Shown here piece after piece: positions 59,891 to 64,000 of a stretch of 64,000 nt of DNA. The notes beneath the pieces were generated by a model. The model had not been told where the DNA came from. It was given only the letters and a program-made list of their open reading frames with translations, and did not search any database. Location: the NCBI RefSeq assembly GCF_038025025.1, contig NW_027117347.1:682001-746000 (forward strand), written 5' to 3'. This DNA is from Phyllosticta citribraziliensis (lineage: Eukaryota). Each line of letters begins with the position of its first letter. Position 1 is the first letter of the stretch. The position numbers and the translations under genes were made by a program.

Positions 59891-60847
59891 ATGCCGGGCA
59901 AGACGACAGGACCGATGGGTAGACTGATGGCTCTGTAAGATCATGATCTATGGCCACCCCTAACACCAAAGCAGCTTACTGACAGATGATTCCAGGGTCA
60001 GCCACGGGTCGTCGATGTGGAGACGCGGATCACGCAGGGCCATCCTCTTGAGCCCAAGAACCACTCTTCGCGTCGAGACCGCCAGTCCAACTGAGATCGA
60101 CGAGGCTTCGCACAAGCGCAAGCACCAGGGTGAAGGTTTCAACCTCCTCCTCACCCCTGGTCCCATCGACGTCGATAACCAGTCAGCACGCGCTGCGACT
60201 CCAGGACACCAGCCATCGACACCATCGACACCGTCAGCCGGCGACCCTGCCGTTCCCCAGGAGGTCGACGGAACAGAGCCCCTCGTGTTCGCTGTTGGCC
60301 GCAGCATTCAGAACGGAGAACGCGTCGATGACCCCGAGGCCATGAGCGTCTGGACTGCGACCCGCCGCCACCACGTTCCGGCAGGCCGACCCAGCAAGGC
60401 GCAGAGGCAGCAGATTCAGCATGCCAGCCAGCACGTCGTCGCCGAAGTCCTGATCTTCAACCGCGACGAGATGGGATTCGCCTCGGGCAGGCTGGTCGAG
60501 AAGAGGCAGCTGCTGACTCTGTACGCCACGCAGATGGAATGGGAGGCCTTCATGGCGGAAAGCTTGGCCAACGGCTGGACCAAGGTTACGGGCCAGAGGT
60601 TGTAGTGGAAACTTGCAGCAAGCAGGACAAATCGCTGCTCACGGTAAGCCAACGTTCGAGGAGCCGAGGATATCCGACCTGACAAACCTCTAGTAAATTA
60701 TCCTTATTCATGACGGCCGGCGACGACGACTACGAAAGTCCGACGAATGAGCGCGTCAGGGGCTACCTCGATTCATTCCCAGGGAGCATCCGACATCTCG
60801 TCTCAAAGTTTTTGGCATTGGGTTCCATATTGATATCCCGGCGCTGA
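59891..60847 (+). CDS. Orphan gene. Exon 59891-59934, intron 59935-59995, ORF to TAG 60603-60605 (217 aa). The frame stays open through intron 60644-60693 to TGA at 60847 (281 aa if the TAG is recoded; could be a pseudogene).
   Basis: TATAAA at about 59700 and a C/A-rich leader. Both introns (GTAAGA...CTGAC...CAG and GTAAGC...CTGAC...TAG) preserve the frame. Confidence 0.6.
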
Positions 60848-60941
60848 TCCGAGTTCTTGAGCGTTTTGGAGACGAAAACCGGGTGTGAGGTTTGGCGGTT
60901 TGGCTTGAAGTCTTTCTCATTTTTTGCTTTGCTCTTTTATT

Positions 60942-61855
60942 CTAGTTGCCTGGTTGGCTCTTCACGTCTCGTTTCCTCAACTGATCGACGCCGTCTATTT
61001 CAACCGCGCCAGCATGCTTCTTTTCAGTGTCGACTTTGAGCTCGCTACTTCTCTCAATCACCCACGTCTCGGAGATCTCCTTCCTTTCCACCTTCTTCTT
61101 CTCTTCGCCCTTTGCCTCCTTCACTCGCCGCAGGTAACCCATGTAGATTGCAACTTCTGCAAAGGCGACGACACCACTGCCAGTCATGCTCAATGCCAGC
61201 CTCTGAGGCGTGCTCCAGTACCGCGCTGCCATCCATATTGCTACACTGCAGGCTATGATTGAGACGAGTACGTTGATGATGAGGGCGAGCTGGCGGTTGA
61301 TATCGGCGTAAGTGACTTCGTCATCTTCGTCTTTCATGAGGTCGGCAGGGGAAATAGCAGAAGGGTAAGGAGCGGCATTGGAGAAGCGTTGCGCGTAAGT
61401 CTCGGTGGGTGGAGGCGGATTGAGCATGCGCTCGTAGGCGCGAGCCTCCTCGTCGCGACGCAGGCGCGCCATGAGCTGCTTGTATTCATTGCTCTTCAAA
61501 GGTTGTCAGCAGCGGCACGACAGCGCTCCGGCAGCAGACTCACAGGCTCGGGCTTTGGCTTCGGTGGAGGAATGTACACTCGAGAACCGCGAAGGAGTTC
61601 ATTCAGGTGGAATTGGTATTGATTCTGGGCTTCATCTATCGGCCGATCATTGTTGTCATCTGGCGTGTTCAAGCGGGCTTTGAGAAACTCTGATACGTCA
61701 ATTAGTTGGCCATGGGATATGGGCTTTCCAAGCTCTGGGTCCGACAGCGACGGCTCGGATGGCGGCTGGAGCTTGGTCATTTGCTCCGCATCTGCCAGGT
61801 CAAAACACTTGTGGACAGCCGCCACGGTGGCGGGTGTCATGGTCAACAAAACCAT
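60942..61855 (-). CDS. VMA12: V-ATPase ER assembly factor Vma12/Vph2 (TMEM199-like); intron 61494-61543
   Basis: MVLLTMT...GKPISHGQLID...LNELLRGSRVYIPPPKPKPEP|SNEYKQLMARLRRDEEARAYERM...INVLVSII...AEVAIYMGY, with two TM helices. Confidence 0.9.
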
Positions 61856-62115
61856 GGCGACGAGTTGTTGTTGGGGAGCTGGAGATGCACAAGGTGGAGT
61901 TGTGTCGCGGCGGCGAGGTCACAGCTGGCTGGAGTGCCCTGGGCTGGCCGTCGCTTGGCGCAGATCCCTGGTAGTGGATTTTCCGAACAGCGCCGTCATC
62001 GCGTCAACGCTTTTCCCAGACCCTCGATCTGAACTTCGATTCTTTGCCTCCCCAGGTCCTATCCTGCTGCCAAGTTTCCCCAGGATCCTCAATTCCGGAC
62101 GGTGCAGCAAAAAGA

Positions 62116-63564
62116 ATGGCAGGCCGGACATTAACCTCGCCGGCCGTGGCCCGCGCGACATCTTTTGCCGCACACCGTCCGCGAACATCTCTTTGCTCAA
62201 GATGTCTTCGCTCGCCCTCGACCAAGTCCTCTTCCTTTCCTTCCACATCTCTCTATTTTCACCCTTCGAGGCGGCGGGAACAGTCCAACTGGGCGGCAGC
62301 CGTTTCGGCGGCGCAGAACTACTTCAACAATGGTCCAGATCCCGCGTCCCCCATTGCTGTTGACCCGTTGCGCAGCGTGGCGAAGGAGATGAAGTTCCTG
62401 ACTGGCAATATACGTCAGCTTCTGGGCTCTGGGCACCCAATGCTTGATACTGTAGCCAAATACTACACCCAATCCGAAGGCAAATACGTGCGGCCCATGC
62501 TCGTCCTGCTCATGTCGCGCGCCACCGCATTAACGCCCAAACCCGCTCGCGCCTCGCCTTCGCCGCCTATAAACAGCCCCATAGCGCCTTCGAATATCCT
62601 GGTCGACGAGAACCCTTCTGCGCCGGAATACGCGCCCCTCACGTCGCAGCCACAAGAGAATGGAGGCGCTGAAGAATCCGACATCCTGCCTTCGCAACGG
62701 CGACTGGCCGAAATCACGGAGCTCATCCACACTGCCTCGCTGCTCCACGACGATGTCATCGACCACTCGCTCGCCCGGCGATCCGCGCCGTCTGCAAACA
62801 TCGAATTCGGAAACAAGATGGCGGTTCTGGCTGGAGATTTCCTGTTGGGAAGGGCATCGGTGGCGCTGGCGAGGCTGCGCGACCCGGCCGTGACGGAGCT
62901 TTTGGCGACCGTCATTGCCAATCTGGTCGAGGGCGAGTTTATGCAGCTCAAGAATACGGCCAAGGACGAGAAGCACCCCGTGTGGACCGAGGACACGGTC
63001 ACCTATTATCTGCAAAAGACGTACCTCAAGTCGGCGAGCTTGATCAGCAAGTCGTGCCGCGCGGCCGCAATCCTGGGCGGCAGCACTCCAGAAGTGGTGG
63101 AAGCTTCGTACCAGTACGGCAAGAACCTGGGCCTGGCGTTCCAGTTGGTCGACGACATGCTGGACTACACGGTGTCGGCCGATGAGCTCGGAAAGCCCGC
63201 CGGCGCGGACCTAGAGCTGGGCCTGGCGACGGCGCCGCTGCTGTTTGCGTGGAAGGACAATGCTGCGCTAGGCAAGCTGGTTGGGAGGAAGTTTGCAGAG
63301 CCAGGAGATGTTTTGAAGGTCAGTCCAGCCTTTTTGTTGTTTGGACGGGACCCTGGAATCCTTTGACCCCTTTCCCCCGCATTTGGCTAATTTTCGTCAT
63401 AGGCTCGAGAGCTCGTTGGCCGCAGTACTGGGCTCGAGCAGACGCGCGCCCTGGCGCAGCAATACGTCGACAGCGCCATCGAAGCCATTAGCTTCTTCCC
63501 CGCGAGCGAGGCCAAGGACGGCCTTGTCGAAATGTGCACCAAGGTCATGAAGCGCAGGAAGTAG
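62116..63564 (+). CDS. COQ1: Mitochondrial polyprenyl diphosphate synthase; intron 63319-63402
   Basis: GKYVRP, ELIHTASLLHDDVID, AVLAGDFLLGRA, LVEGEFMQL and AFQLVDDMLD, with an Arg/Ser-rich presequence. Confidence 0.96.
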
Positions 63565-64000
63565 AGACTCGGGTCCGCTGCTCCGCTCTTGTTGCTGTTA
63601 CTGTTGCTGTTGATGACGATGACACACATCTAGCTGTTGTTCATTTCAACTCTCATCATCAAAAATTTCCGAACCTCCCGTTTGATACCTCTTGTACAAT
63701 AGCACGTCATAGAGTGGGCATACACACTGCCGGGCATCATCATCATCATCACATTACTCTGTCCATCTTCTCTCTCTCATCCATCATTATGGCTTTTAGG
63801 GCTCGTTGGAGATGTCCATCTTTTCGTTTTTTTCTCGTCTGCAGCCGGAGCCGGAGTGTATACAAAAAAAGAATTTCCTCCTCTTTATGAGACGCCGCTA
63901 CTCCACACTGTCTAGCGAAATAAAAAAAAAATCAGCGTATTCGGAGACTATCATGTGTACAGATCCCTCTCGCCGTCTCCCTCTCTTCCTTCTTGCTTCC

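Overview
Gene-dense, GC-rich eukaryotic window from a filamentous ascomycete (Pezizomycotina). The evidence is short GT-AG introns with CTRAC/CTAAC branch sites and fungal gene families; the class cannot be fixed from this sequence alone. About 26 protein-coding genes were modelled by manual splicing. Recognisable genes: SOF1 (partial), RPN6, a small cytochrome b5, a Pac2-type WOPR regulator, an Srp1-like SR protein, NAB2, HEM14, an RCR-family membrane protein, APN1, a DOPA 4,5-dioxygenase, a DsbA/FrnE thioredoxin, an Sfk1/Frag1 protein, two CorA-family transporters, allantoicase, DIM1, TAF12, VMA12/VPH2 and COQ1. Several hypothetical or orphan genes are also present. No tRNA, rRNA, CRISPR array or recognisable transposon was found. 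The most unusual items are: (1) an orphan gene at 59.9-60.8 kb whose frame continues past an in-frame TAG and across a canonical intron, preceded by a repeated-motif promoter; (2) WOPR-like sites upstream of the WOPR gene itself; (3) a possible poison splice site in the SR-protein gene; (4) a His-rich secreted orphan. No database searches were run, so all family calls rest on recognised motifs.
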